In this document: positions 1-11,271 of the stretch, one piece after another | Layout of the letters: each line of letters opens with the position of its first letter | Position numbering within the stretch: position 1 is the first letter of the stretch | Source of the DNA: Eledone cirrhosa | Taxonomy: Eukaryota | DNA: 64,000 nt | Reading direction: 5' to 3' | Assembly: GCA_964016885.1 (NCBI GenBank) | Contig: OZ024758.1 | Span: 14,694,001 to 14,758,000, forward strand | The notes under the pieces: model-generated | The model's database searches: none | Told to the model about the DNA's origin: nothing | What the model saw: only the letters and a program-made list of their open reading frames with translations | Program-made: the position numbers and the translations under genes

Positions 1-115
1 TTTTGCCACATTCACCCACCTTTCAGTAAATTTACTGGGGTGCAGTGCCTCTCTCTCCACCCTGATTCCCCTTCTAAAGTGATACTTAAAGAAGGGAATC
101 AATTGTTGTCCGTAG
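1..115 (-). mobile_element. Tx1-type LINE ORF2 C-terminal fragment (runs off window edge)
   Basis: Minus-strand translation YGQQLIPFFKYHFRRGIRVEREALHPSKFTERWVNVAK parallels the ORF2 C-terminus at 390-525. Confidence 0.65.
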
Positions 116-119
116 ATAG

Positions 120-527
120 ATAATTTTCTTTTTATTTGCCACCAGGGCATCAAAAAGTGGGACAAGTACAATGGGGGGAGTTTACATGCAAAGGCGTCCT
201 CAATAAGGAGGAGGCAATAACAATGTATAAAAATAAAATAAAATATAACAAAATAAATTTTATAACAAAATCCTCAATAGGGAGGTGGCGCCTTGGGGGG
301 TCGCACACACCCCCGAAAAAAAAGTGTGCAACCCTTCTCCTCAGGAGCACAGAGAGAGGGGTGCTCCCTTGATCTTTCATCTTCCTCACTTATAGTCTGA
401 TGTAGAGTGAAGGCCCATTCACACGGGCCATTCTCGCCACTTTCACCCATCTTTCATAAAAACGGCTGGGGTGCAGCACCTCTCTCTCCATCCTGATCCT
501 TCTTCCGAAATGATATCGGAAGAAGAT
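120..527 (-). mobile_element. 5'-truncated Tx1-type LINE 3' end (ORF2 C-terminus plus 3' UTR)
   Basis: Minus-strand FFRYHFGRRIRMEREVLHPSRFYERWVKVARMARVNGPSLYIRL*, then a UTR ending ...GCCCTGGTGGCAAATAAAAAGAAAAT, similar to the tails at 2471-2560 and 10230-10330. Confidence 0.7.
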
Positions 528-849
528 AGATAAACAGACAGATAGGTAGTAGGTTGGTAGGTGGATTTGGGTGAGTGGGCGTATGGATGACTGGACAGAT
601 CAGCACGAAAGGCTAAGTACAGTTATCCCCCATGCATGTTACAGCTGCACGGGAGATAACTGCAATACGATGATTACAGTTAAGTGAAAAAAGTTAAGTC
701 TATGTTTAAAATGTCCGTAGTAAAGAAAGATATAGAATGGAGTTAGGAAATTAGATCTCGGAGTATGGTCCCTAATAGATGAGACAGCCCAGTTTATCGT
801 CACTTGTTCATGTTTATACAAAAAAAAAAAAAAAGAAAGCTTTATAGTA

Positions 850-1105
850 TTTGTTCCGGCTCTCTCTAAGTTCAAATCCCGCCGAGCTCATCTTTGGCTT
901 CCATCCTTTCAAGGAAGATAAAAAAAAAAAACGTACCTGTCTAGTATTTGAATCGATTCTTCCTCTATATTTCTTTCTCATTTCCATTCTCTCTCTCAAT
1001 CATTCTCTGGAAGAAATCTGCTGTATTCAGGCCTGGAGAGGAGGTGGGCTCCGCCATGTTTAAAACATGCCATAGAAACGCCGTATGTCAATACAGCGTT
1101 CCTAC
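850..1105 (+). mobile_element. SINE (tRNA B-box head, GAAGAAATCTGCTGTATTCAGG tail family)
   Basis: GTTCAAATCCC B-box and TTTGGCTTCCATCCTTT core; related copies at 43720-44045 (+) and 44340-44655 (-). Confidence 0.65.
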
Positions 1106-1194
1106 GTCTCCAGCAGGAGTTACGGGACGAGCAGACGTTATATCACCACGCCATCTATTGAGTAAACACAGAAACTAGGAGAGTTGTTTCCCAT

Positions 1195-1885
1195 TGACCA
1201 TACAACACACAAGCAGGTAATACACACATCTAGGACTACATACAACACACAAGCAGGTAATACATACATCTAGGACCACGTACAACACACAAGCAGGTAG
1301 TACACACATCTAGGACCACATACAACACACAAGCTGGTAATACACACATCTAGGACCACATACAACACACAAGCTGGTAATACATACATCTAGGACCACA
1401 TACAACACACAAGCAGGTAATACACGCATCTAGGACCACATACAACAAACAAGCAGGTAATACATACATCTTGGACCACATACAACACACAAGCAGGTAG
1501 TACATACATCTAGGACCACATACAACACCCAAGCAGTTAACACACATCTAGGACCACATACAACAAACAAGCTGGTAATACATAAATCTAGGACCACATA
1601 CAACACACAAGCAGGTAGTACACACATCTAGGACCACATACAACACACAAGCTGGTAATACATACATCTAGGACCACATACAACACACAAGCAGGTAATA
1701 CACGCATCTAGGACCACATACAACAAACAAGCAGGTAATACACGCATCTAGGACCACATACAACAAACAAGCAGGTAATACACACATCTATGACTACATA
1801 CAACATACAAGCAGGTAATACACACATCTAGGACCACATACAACACACAAGCAGGTTTGTACATATATCTAGAACCACATACATC
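1195..1885. repeat. 40-bp minisatellite, about 17 copies
   Basis: Unit CTAGGACCACATACAACACACAAGCAGGTAATACACACAT repeated in tandem. Confidence 0.95.
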
Positions 1886-2283
1886 ACAAGACAAGCGAAA
1901 GGGGGTGGACAAACGAACCACTGCCAGAACATTTGAAAAACATAGGTAATAGTTTTCATTAGAAATATGGTAATGAAATGGTTAATGAATAAATTTCTCT
2001 ACAGAGTTCTTAAAATAAGACCAAGAAATTTATTGAGATAAGTTATCAAGAAGTTAACAGATCACAACTAAGTGTTGAGTTAGAAATAGTTGTGCCATAG
2101 CTCTGTCAGTGATGGATAACAGAACAGATGGTTATTTAGGATAGGCAATCTGTATTTACGAAACCACAACTTCAGATTAAATGCAATTGACACATCCATA
2201 TAGTTATGTTATGCAATCTGTATTTCTGAGATAGGTTACCAGGCTATTCACACATGTAAGGTCAACTTTGCGTTTCATCCATT

Positions 2284-2470
2284 TAATAATAATTGTTTCT
2301 ACTTTTGGCACAAGGCCAGCAATTACCCAGTACATTACTGGTACTTTATTTTATCGACCCCGTAAGGATGAAAGGCAAAGGTAACCTCGACGGGATTTGA
2401 ACTCAGACCATAAAGGGACGTAACTCTTTGCTGCAAAGCATGGTGTCCGACCCTCTACCGATACTGCCAA
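2284..2470 (-). mobile_element. tRNA-derived SINE, family A
   Basis: Reverse complement of TTGGCAGTATCGGTAGAGGGTCGGAC (A-box-like)...GAGTTCAAATCCCG (B-box)...CTTTGCCTTTCATCCTTACGGGGTCGATAAAATAAAGTACCAG...GTAGAAACAATTATTAT; many copies in the window. Confidence 0.85.
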
Positions 2471-2599
2471 ATAATGATTTCATTTATTGGCCACAAGGGC
2501 CGACATGTAGGGGACAATACAAAGACACGGAGAGTGGGGGTTACAAATAGCTCAAGTAAAAGTGTACAATGGCAAAACCAAAAATAATAATAATAATGC

Positions 2600-5519
2600 T
2601 CGGACACTGGACGAGTGCATGCAGGACGGTTTCGTCACCCTGCGCACATCTGGGACATGCCCGGCTGACGGCACCTCCATGCTTGTAGAGTTTATCCCGA
2701 ATTGGCAAAGCTCCTCGGTAGCACTGCCAGGCCAGGGATTTCTGGAAGTTGTCCATAGGTCCCAGCCCGAAAGTTCTTCCGAAGAGATTGGCTAGTTGAT
2801 TTTCGTTGACGCCTAGAGTTTCCCCAAGTATGTCGTCGCTCTTCCCCTCCACTAATCCTCTATAGAACGCCAAGGTGGAGTTTCCACCGATCACATTGCC
2901 CGATTGGTTGAGGGCTGTGAGCGCCTGAAGACATTCCAATCTCCAAGCGCTCCCTCTCGGTCTTTGCTTGACCAAGGACTGCAGCTCCGTTAAGGAGACG
3001 AGCGGGTGTTGACAGCAGATGGACCGCCTGACCATCGGAACGCGTCCCTTCCACAAAGAGCGAAAGAGCAAACGCTCCTGCGCAGTCAGGCGAGGCTTAG
3101 GATAAGGCACGACGGTCAGGCGGTAGTAGATGACGGACTCGATGTACGCATTCGCCACCTCCGCTCGACTTTTCAGGGATAGCTTTCTCTCTGCCCATTT
3201 CTGGGTGAGAGAAGCCACCCTGCTAGTCACCTCGTCCCAGTTTTTGTCCGTCTGGAGGTCTGGACCGAACCAGACCCCTATCAATTTAACCGGTCCGTCC
3301 GTCCAGCGCCCGACGACGCTGTTGGACAGCATGGACCTGCCTTTCCAGGTGCCGAGCTGCAGGCCCACCGACTTTTCCTGGTTGATCATTGCTCCTGTCA
3401 CCGCTTCGTATTCTCTTAGTGTAGTGTCGATCGCCTCGATGTGTTTGGCGTCCGACACCACTACGGTGACATCGTCCGCATATGTTGACACGGATCTTTC
3501 GCATCCTAGTTCGCGCGGGACCCCCCTCAACGTCTCTAGTTTGTGCAGTAATGGTTCGAGAGTCAAAACGTACAAGAGGGACAAGAGAAGACATCCTTGG
3601 CGGACGGAGCGCATGATGTTGAACGGTTCCGAAAGATGACTGTTCACTCTCACCACAGAGCAGATGTCGCTGTGCATGGCAGCGATCCAGCCTCTGAAGA
3701 CGGGCCCAAAGCCAGTCGCCCTCAGGACTGCCGCCAGATAACGATGGTTGACCCTTTCGAAAGCTTTCGACTGATCTAAATTGATCAAGGACCCACCCAT
3801 GCCAGGTTCCCGAGCTACCCTCTCCACGATGTATCGCATGAGGTAGAGGTTGTCGTGGATGGATCTGTCGGGAATGACGCATGTCTGCGCCTCTCCCACC
3901 AGACCACCAACGACAAGCGCCAACCTCTTTGCTAGCACCTTGGCCAAAATCTTGAACTCTGTGTTTAGCAGAGTTATGGGCCTGAAATTATCTATGTTAT
4001 CCCTCTTGTTCGGATCCTTTCTCAGCAGCGCCACCGCTCCTCGGCTCACAGAGCTGGGAATTCTCCCGTTCTGTTGCCAGTTGTAGTAGACGTCCGCCAA
4101 GAGGCCTCCGAACAAGCCTGGCATCTGTACGTAAAGTTCATAGGGCAGACCATCAAAACCAGGCGATTTACCCCTTGTGCAGCCAGTCATTGCCTCCCTA
4201 CTTCAGCGGCTGTTATCGGCTTTTCGCAACACTCCGCCTCAGTGGCCGAGAGCCGCGGCAGTCCGTCGAGGTAGACAATAAAGTCCATCCCCCGATCCGG
4301 CGCGCCGCTGCCCCCGAACAGCTGTGCGAAGTGTTGCTGAAAAGCTTCACACATTTTCCCGGGATCGAGTAGCATGCGCCCGTCGTAGGCCACCAAAGAC
4401 CGGATCGTGGCTTTGTTGCCACAACGCGCCTCCACCACTTGGGCCCATTGAATGGCTTTCATCCCCTCATGTCTGAGAGCACACACCCGAGCTCTGACAA
4501 CGCAGCCTTCGTGCTTTGCATTGAAGAATTGGTCAAGGGCCAATTTCGCCGCAAGTACGTCGGTCGCGATGCCTTTACTAAGCGCCTCGTCTAATTTTCT
4601 AACTAGTTCTCCTACTGCTCTATTTTTCTCTATTGCTAAAGCCTTACTAAACCTAATGGACTCTATTCTAATCGCTCTTTTCAGAGCAAACCTCTATTTA
4701 TTGTTGACGATGGCTCCCGTCAACGCCCGCTTAACTAGTTCACTAATCTGGTCTCTGTAGGCCTTGCGCGCTGTTAATGACGCGTTTAGCTTCCAGTAGC
4801 CGGGTCCCTGTCTATGAAGGCTATCTAAGTCAACCTCACAGATCACAAATTTGTGGTCCATGTAGTCGACTATCCTATACTAGACCTATCTATTTCCCTA
4901 CAAAATACCCTATCTAGATATGATGTGGATGACCCGATACGGTTTGTCCATGTCCACATTGGCACATGCGGGAAATCCAGACGGTACCTGTCAGAAAGTT
5001 GAAACCGTCTCAGCACGTTTGCGACGCTTTTACACCCTCCTCCCCTATCCGCTAATCCCACACAGTGCCAGCGTGTATCTAAGATCCCGTTCCAGTCGCC
5101 CACTAACACTAAAGAACAGGAAGTTCCAAGAAAGGTCTCCAAACGCCGGAAGAAATCAGGCCACCCTGCTCCTGTCGGGGCATAGACGGCCACTAGCCTG
5201 AAAGCTTGCCCGTCTCCGCTGGTCACGTCCAGCACCACCAACTTACCTTCTGAGTCCAGGAAGATGGCCCGTATGGCGAGATCCAAACGTCTCCGAAAAA
5301 GCACAGCAACTCCTCCCCCCGATCCAGGACGGCTGGGAGATGCGTACACATCGTAGCCGCCGAAGATCGGTGCGAAGGCCCGTACTTTGTGGAGATTCTG
5401 GTCTCGCTGATGGCCACCACATCTATGTTTAGTGACCCGAGGTCGTTGAGCAGGTGGCCCTGCTTCCATGACAACCCAAGGCCACGCGCATTTATGCTGC
5501 CTATTCTGAGTGAGGTCAT
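2600..5519 (-). pseudogene. Tx1 ORF2 (APE endonuclease-reverse transcriptase), frameshifted
   Basis: MTSLRIGSINARGL, VAISET, AVYAP, LVGDWN, SYLDRVF (APE); KSPGFDGLP, NFRPITLLN, LDQSKAF, SVRQGC, YADD (RT); CPRC..HALVQC (zf-RVT-like). Confidence 0.9.
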
Positions 5520-5685
5520 GTTGAAAATGAGTGGAAAAAGATGGGAAAGACCACTTAACTCACTTCTCGTAGGGGGGGGGGTCCATCCTTCTCATTGCTT
5601 GTGGCCTCCTCCAGAAGGATATCCTTATAAATCCTCCTGGAGAGTGTTTGTCGGAAGTCTCTGATGTGTTTGAGGAATTTTTGTT

Positions 5686-6946
5686 TTAGTGTCGTGTACG
5701 TTTTCTGTGTGATGCGAGTGATTGTATGTGTGGAGGTGGTGTGAATTTTTGGGGTGTTGTATAGTCTTTTTTTGTGATGCTGGTGTTGTGTTGGATGTAG
5801 TGTAATAATTGGTTGTTGTTCAAATTTAATGCTGTGTATCGTTTTGGTTGTTTTGTTTTGTTTGTGTTTGTTTCTGTTTCGCTTTTTGGTGACTTTTGTG
5901 GTGTTGTTGATGATGGTGTTGGGGTTAATGATGGTGTTTGTGGTGATGGGGTTGGTGATGCTGGTGTGGATGGTGGCATAGCTGTCTTAATTTTTTTGTT
6001 TATTTGTTTCCCCCTACATTTTGTTTTTGGAGGGGGAAGGAAGAGGATATTTTTCTTTTTTGGGGTTCTTTTTCTTTTTTTCTCTGATAGTTTCCCACTC
6101 CTCGTCGTCACAATCTGTCTCCAGCTGCGATAGGTCGGGGAGTGGAAAATCCCCCACAGGTGTTGGTTTTGGTTGTGGCGTGGTGGATAGTGGAGACGCT
6201 GATGCTAATTCTGGCGCGGTGGGTGGTGGTGGTGTTGCTACTGTTGCTGGGGTTGTTGCTTCTGCCATTTCTGCTGCTGGTGGTGTTGATGGTTGAGTCA
6301 CTGGGGTGGGTAAGAGAGGTGGCCTCAACTTTTTAGCTTGAGGGCAGAAAGCCTTTAGGTGGGTTCCTTCACCACAAACGACACACCTAGGCCTTCTACC
6401 CTCAACGATTACGGTGAGGTGGCTGCCGTCATTGAGGTCTATCACCTCTGGAATTTCCTCAATGTTTTTTTTGGTCCGCTTGGATCAGGAGCTCCATCCC
6501 AGATCCGGACCAGTTCTCCTGCTTTTCTTTTGTTACTTCAATTATTTTCGTGTTGGCCTCGATGCCGGCGAGGACGGCAGCCATTAACCAGGGAATTTCG
6601 ATGGCCGGTGGAACATGGGTCACTCGGATCTTCACGATCTCTGACCACAATAGCTTGGGACGAGTGTGAAGTCGTCACTTCTTAATGGGACCATGGAGTG
6701 CTCTCTGGCTTCCTGTGGTGTTCCAAAGAACATGTCCACGGTTCCATATTTCTGCCCACGTCTGATGTGGGTTTTTTTCGCCCACACATGTCCCAAAGCT
6801 TTTTGTACTTGGGACTTGGATGCCGGTTCCACTCGGCGTGATTTTGTGTTAATCGTCCGATAAGACACGGTGCATAGGCGCCGATGCTCCATTTTATTAG
6901 GTGGGGGGGGGATGAGGCTGACCTTGTACCCATCTTTTTTTACCAT
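5686..6946 (-). pseudogene. Tx1 ORF1 (gag-like), frameshifted
   Basis: Consecutive ORF pieces 6632-6946, 6459-6650, 6014-6445 and 5686-6111; CCHC knuckle VEGRRPRCVVCGEGTHLKAFC followed by a Pro/Thr-rich tail. Confidence 0.8.
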
Positions 6947-7369
6947 TCGCTTGGCTTCATTTAATTCATCCTGGCTTACCTCGATTGTTTCGCTTTGGCA
7001 AATGACACATTTTGCTTTGCGCTGGTGTTAATTATATTTTCAGTGTTGGCAACCGTGGCAAAGCTTACGTTGGTGTTGGTGGTGGTGGTGTGTGGCGTGT
7101 GTATGTGTGTGTGGGGGGGGGGGGTCTGTTAAAAACAGGAAATTTGTCGTCCATGTTTTTTTTTTCAAAGAAATATTTTGTTTGATAAATAAAAAGTTTA
7201 AGTTTTGGGCTCAAGGCCCCAATATTTTTTGTGTCCTTTTCAGAAAGCAATATATGTGAACTTATAAACACTTAACAACCAACATTTTCCATAACTGGCA
7301 ATTTGAAACAACTGAAAACAACAAACCTTTGCAGAGCTCACGATAATACAATTTCCTACGTAGGTCGCC

Positions 7370-7455
7370 AATAATAATAATAATAATGAAATTATTGTGT
7401 ACAGTGCTAAGGTGCACTACAACTCATCTAAGGTACATGTATAATACATAGAATA
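7370..7455 (-). mobile_element. CR1/L2-type LINE extreme 3' end with (TAT)n tail
   Basis: Reverse complement of GATGAGTTGTAGTGCACC..GCACTGTACACAATAATTTCATTATTATT, matching 42900-42970 and 45110-45170. Confidence 0.75.
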
Positions 7456-7645
7456 GATACCACACATATATAGTTAACATAGGTACTCATTTCGAAAAAA
7501 AACTTTCTTTTTTTCAAATTACGTCCCTTACATTGGTTCGCTGTTCTATACGTTTAGACATATATTTTACATTATAATCAGAGCGTAAAAACGAAAAGGA
7601 AACCACTTATCAATTCAATACTAAGTCCTTCAATAGTGTTTTGAA

Positions 7646-7858
7646 ATGGCGGGTTGTGTGGAAGCTACTGATACGGACAGTCACATAAATAAAGACCCTT
7701 CACGACAGGACAACACTTCAGATTCTCGTTTCATTCTTCTGTTGTCACCCAATGTTGACGATATTCCTACTGGAGAACATAGACATGCTGCCCACTGTAT
7801 GATATATTGTCGAACTAATAAAGCATGGTTTACTATCATACAAAAAGCTTACATCATG
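7646..7858 (+). CDS. NUDT16: NUDT16-family U8 snoRNA-decapping Nudix hydrolase, coding exon 1
   Basis: ATG at 7646; RHAAHCMIY resembles NUDT16 RHACHALLY; ends ATG|GTAAAT, phase 0, and joins in frame to MQMRFDG. Confidence 0.8.
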
Positions 7859-8084
7859 GTAAATCGTTTATTATTGTTTTTTTATTTAGATAGTATGTTT
7901 TATTTTATCAAGGTGTATAAAAATATAATATAATTCATTGAACAATAATGATAAAGAAAAAAGAAGGGGAGGGCGTAACTAACCACCAAGTTAGACAATC
8001 GTTTTTACTTTCGTTTACATAAATTATGAAAAAATTAATAATTTGCGGTAAGAAAGTAATCCAGAAAAATAACAATAATAATAA

Positions 8085-8341
8085 TAATAATTGTTTCTAT
8101 TTTTGGCACAAGGCCAGCAATTATCTCAGTGTATCACTGGTACTTTATTTTATCGACCCCCGTAAGGATGAAAGGCAAAGTTAACCTCGGCGGGATATAA
8201 TGATTTCTACTTTAGGCACAAGACCAACAATTTGGGCGGAAGGGAAAGTCAATTAAATCGACCTCAGTGTACTACTGGTACTTTATTTTATAGACATCGT
8301 AAGGATGAAAGGCAAAGTTAACCTCGGAGGGATTTGAACTT
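8085..8341 (-). mobile_element. Two tandem partial family A SINEs
   Basis: Two repeats of CTGGTACTTTATTTTAT..GTAAGGATGAAAGGCAAAGTTAACCTCGG. Confidence 0.75.
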
Positions 8342-8711
8342 AATGATTTCTTTATTAACCACAAGGGGTCGACATTAAGAAAAATACATTATGACAGTAC
8401 AGAATGAAAACATAGAATGTGTCTGTGTGTGTTCGTCTGGGTTTTGCGTGTAAACAAATTTTAATAATAAACTTATGTTGTTTTTTTTTTCTTTATATCT
8501 CGGCTTACCTTTACCTGTTATCCGACTGTTTTCTCGTAACTTTCTTAATAATGTGTATTGTTTTAATAAGGTTTTGTAAGTATACATTTTCGAATGTGTA
8601 GATTACGATTATATATATATATATATATATATAATAAATATGAAGACTAAAATCCGAAGAAGCTCCCGTTAAGGGTGAAAGCAGCGATTCTTTGCTTAAA
8701 CTTTAATCTGT

Positions 8712-8760
<49 letters not shown>

Positions 8761-8808
8761 AACAAGTAAGACCCCGACGGCTGAGCTCAAGCCGTTTCGA
8801 CGGCTAAT

Positions 8809-8839
<31 letters not shown>

Positions 8840-8845
<6 letters not shown>

Positions 8846-9092
8846 ATATTAACAAATGGAAACTATATTTATAAAACCATATTTATTTCATTATACATAT
8901 TTCAAGGACACAAGCAAATTATGGTGCGCTTTCACCAGATAAAATATAATATAGATCAGTTTTATAAACAAATATTGACATACCCTTAAAGAATGCAACC
9001 ATGTCGGTTGGAAGCTCCCGGATAGTGGGGTTTATATCAGTTATAAAAATATTTGCTTGTTGTATCCCAACAAATTAAATATAACTTCTACA
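8840..9092 (-). mobile_element. Penelope-like terminal-repeat remnant with mutated hammerhead core
   Basis: Reverse-complement homolog of 34820-35005 and 35200-35342; core reads CTGGTGA instead of CTGATGA (8884-8946); embedded in (TA)n. Confidence 0.6.
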
Positions 9093-9501
9093 TCTATATA
9101 TATATATATATTTTTTTTTTTTCCCACAGTTGTATAAATAACGTTACAAATTGTTTATAATTCTTACAGAATGAAAATATAAACACATAATACACTTAAT
9201 ACTTCATAGTTGCACAAACAACATTACAAATCGTTTGCAATTCCTTCAGAATGAAAATATAAACAGAGCATATAAATAAATTTACAGTAGAATAACATAA
9301 ACAAATATGTTTTAAATATATACATAAATAACATTACAAATGCCTCGGTTAACACTACAAAGGAGGATACAATGAAAGATATATTCTTTTAATGCTACAA
9401 TATTAAAGAAAATGTTAAAGAAATATATATATATATAAATCACTGCCAATACTGGAATTGTATAATCAAGACCGTAGCGGTATGTCTTATATCAAATCAT
9501 A

Positions 9502-9567
9502 TATTTTATCTGATGAAGACGTACTGAAAAAACAACACAGCACCTTTGAAATATATATAATAAAGCA
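9502..9567 (+). ncRNA. Type I minimal hammerhead ribozyme motif (imperfect stem II)
   Basis: TATTTTAT-CTGATGA-AGACGTACTG/CAGCACCTTT-GAAA-T(ATAT)A-TA-ATAAAG. Confidence 0.55.
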
Positions 9568-9613
9568 TATATTTTGATTATGTGAATATCCTTCATTTGT
9601 TAATATTCTGAAT

Positions 9614-9651
<38 letters not shown>

Positions 9652-9787
9652 GTTGTACTTGGGTAGGGTCATATTGTTATAATATTGCCAGAAATAATAA
9701 CAGAACACACTCACTGTTTGGTTGGTTTTCCCAAGTATAACAATATTTGTTTCGACACGATTTCATATCAAAAACCTTGCAAAACAA

Positions 9788-9818
<31 letters not shown>

Positions 9819-9844
9819 TAGTGGAACTTTCGTATATAAAGTTC

Positions 9845-9900
<56 letters not shown>

Positions 9901-9905
<5 letters not shown>

Positions 9906-10144
9906 AGGAATTCCAACTTTGTCTTATTTACTCGTTTTATTTACAATCCTTTAAAATTTATAATGGTATTATAATGAAATAGTATGATAGAATATTAAAT
10001 GTTAAGTGTTAATTGAACAAGTACTTGTTCAATTAACACTTAACATTTACTATTCTATCATACTATTTCATTATAATACCATTATAAATTTTAAAGGATT
10101 GTAAATAAAACGAGTAAATAAGACAAAGTTGGAATTCCTCTTAT
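9901..10144. repeat. 244-bp near-perfect palindrome (fold-back element)
   Basis: Arms are reverse complements about the centre CAAGT|ACTTG (10022/10023), with no loop and one mismatch seen. Confidence 0.92.
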
Positions 10145-10224
10145 TAGTATAATCTTCTATACACAATCATACACACCCGTGTATATTTATCTATCTATCT
10201 ATCTATAGATATATATCGACTAAC

Positions 10225-10332
10225 TTTTCAAATTGCATTTGTGATAACATTTTACACGTTTTTATTGTATGTAAACTTCCCCCTTTGTATTTGTCCCCTT
10301 CTTTTGTGCCCCTGTGGCTAATAAAGAAACAT
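10225..10332 (+). mobile_element. Tx1-type 3' tail fragment
   Basis: TGTAAACTTCCCCCTTTGTATTTGTCCCC..CCCCTGTGGCTAATAAAGAAA, homologous to 125-190 on the minus strand. Confidence 0.6.
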
Positions 10333-10358
10333 ATCTGTCTATAGATATATATATATAT

Positions 10359-10412
10359 AGTGGAACTTTCGTTCACGAACTTAATTCGTTCCTGGTGGAT
10401 GTTCGTAAACTT
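10359..10412 (+). mobile_element. Tigger/pogo-like DNA transposon terminus
   Basis: TA-GTGGAACTTTCGTTCACGAACTTAATTCGTTCC resembles CAGTGGAACCTCG..ACGAAC-type TIRs; a TIR-only hairpin version lies at 9819-9850. Confidence 0.5.
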
Positions 10413-10744
10413 TTATTTACAATTGTATAAATTTACAGTAGAATAACATGGCAATATATGTTTTAAATATATACATAAATAACATTACCGACGCGGCGTA
10501 AATTACATTATAAATTGCTCACAATTCGTTCAGAAGGACATTACAAATATAATGTCTAAATCGTTTAGTATAAAAATATAAATTCATTGAATAATGATAA
10601 GGGAAAGAAGAAAGAAGAAAGAAGAAAGAAAAAAAAAAAAGTAGGAGACAGGGGTGGCGGGGTTCACCACCAAGTGTGATAATCGGCTGTACCTCACACC
10701 TTAGGGGTTAACTACACATTTGAGGCAAGCCAATACTCTCACAG

Positions 10745-10970
10745 CATTACCAGGGGTGATGGCGAAGCTAAGGCGCTGTAATAACCAGGCACCCTCATGG
10801 GTAACACCTGACACCTCAGTAAGGCCAGGTGATGGTGAGGCTAAGACACTGAAACAACCAGGCACCCTTACGGGTATCACCTGACACCTTAGTAAGGCTG
10901 GGTGTTGGCGAGGCCAAGACACTGAAATAACCAGGCACCTTCACAGGCATCAGCTGACACCTCAATAAGA
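10745..10970. repeat. Degenerate tandem repeat, about 73-bp unit, about 3 copies
   Basis: CCAGGCACCCT..CACCTGACACCT..GTAAGGC..GAGGC(T/C)AAGACACTGAAA recurs. Confidence 0.7.
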
Positions 10971-11002
10971 TGAGCCTCCAGTGAAGACAAGAACTATGCT
11001 GT

Positions 11003-11262
11003 CACCAAACGTCTCGAATGCCACAGGCTGATAAAAATAATTATTTGATAAGTCCTGGTATTTCTGAATTTTATTCCGTTCAGCAACGGAAGCAGTGACC
11101 TCCACATTTACCATGGCGTCCATGATGTGGGAGGGAGCAAAAGAATCACTGACTGTGACATCCCAAATGAGACACCTACCTCTCACCCAGGGACAAAGGG
11201 TAAGACTGTCTGGTCTCTTCCCATCACTTCTGGATAAAGCAGCCAGTTCCAGAACTGGGGAT
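11003..11262 (-). mobile_element. CRE-clade non-LTR retrotransposon fragment (restriction-like endonuclease domain)
   Basis: LSRSDGKRPDSLTLCPWVRGRCLIWDVTVSD...AERNKIQKY...PVAFETFG, a PD-(D/E)xK-type RLE motif typical of CRE elements. Confidence 0.75.
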
Positions 11263-11271
11263 ATAACAGTG

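Larger units (their letters stand above)
2471..7369 (-). mobile_element. Near-full-length, inactivated Tx1/L1-clade non-LTR retrotransposon
   Basis: 5' UTR; ORF1 with zinc knuckle; ORF2 with APE endonuclease, RT and C-terminal Cys/His motif; 3' tail GGCCCTTGTGGCCAATAAATGAAATCATTAT; GC-richer than its flanks; multiple frameshifts and stops. Confidence 0.92.

Noticed and set aside
2541-4190. Intact, active reverse transcriptase gene
   Set aside because: Upstream frameshifts, an apparent internal deletion after CCQHPL and a truncated C-terminus fused to the UTR indicate a dead copy
8650-8695. Hammerhead-like CCGAAGA...GAAA
   Set aside because: Core is mutated and stems I and III cannot be formed convincingly
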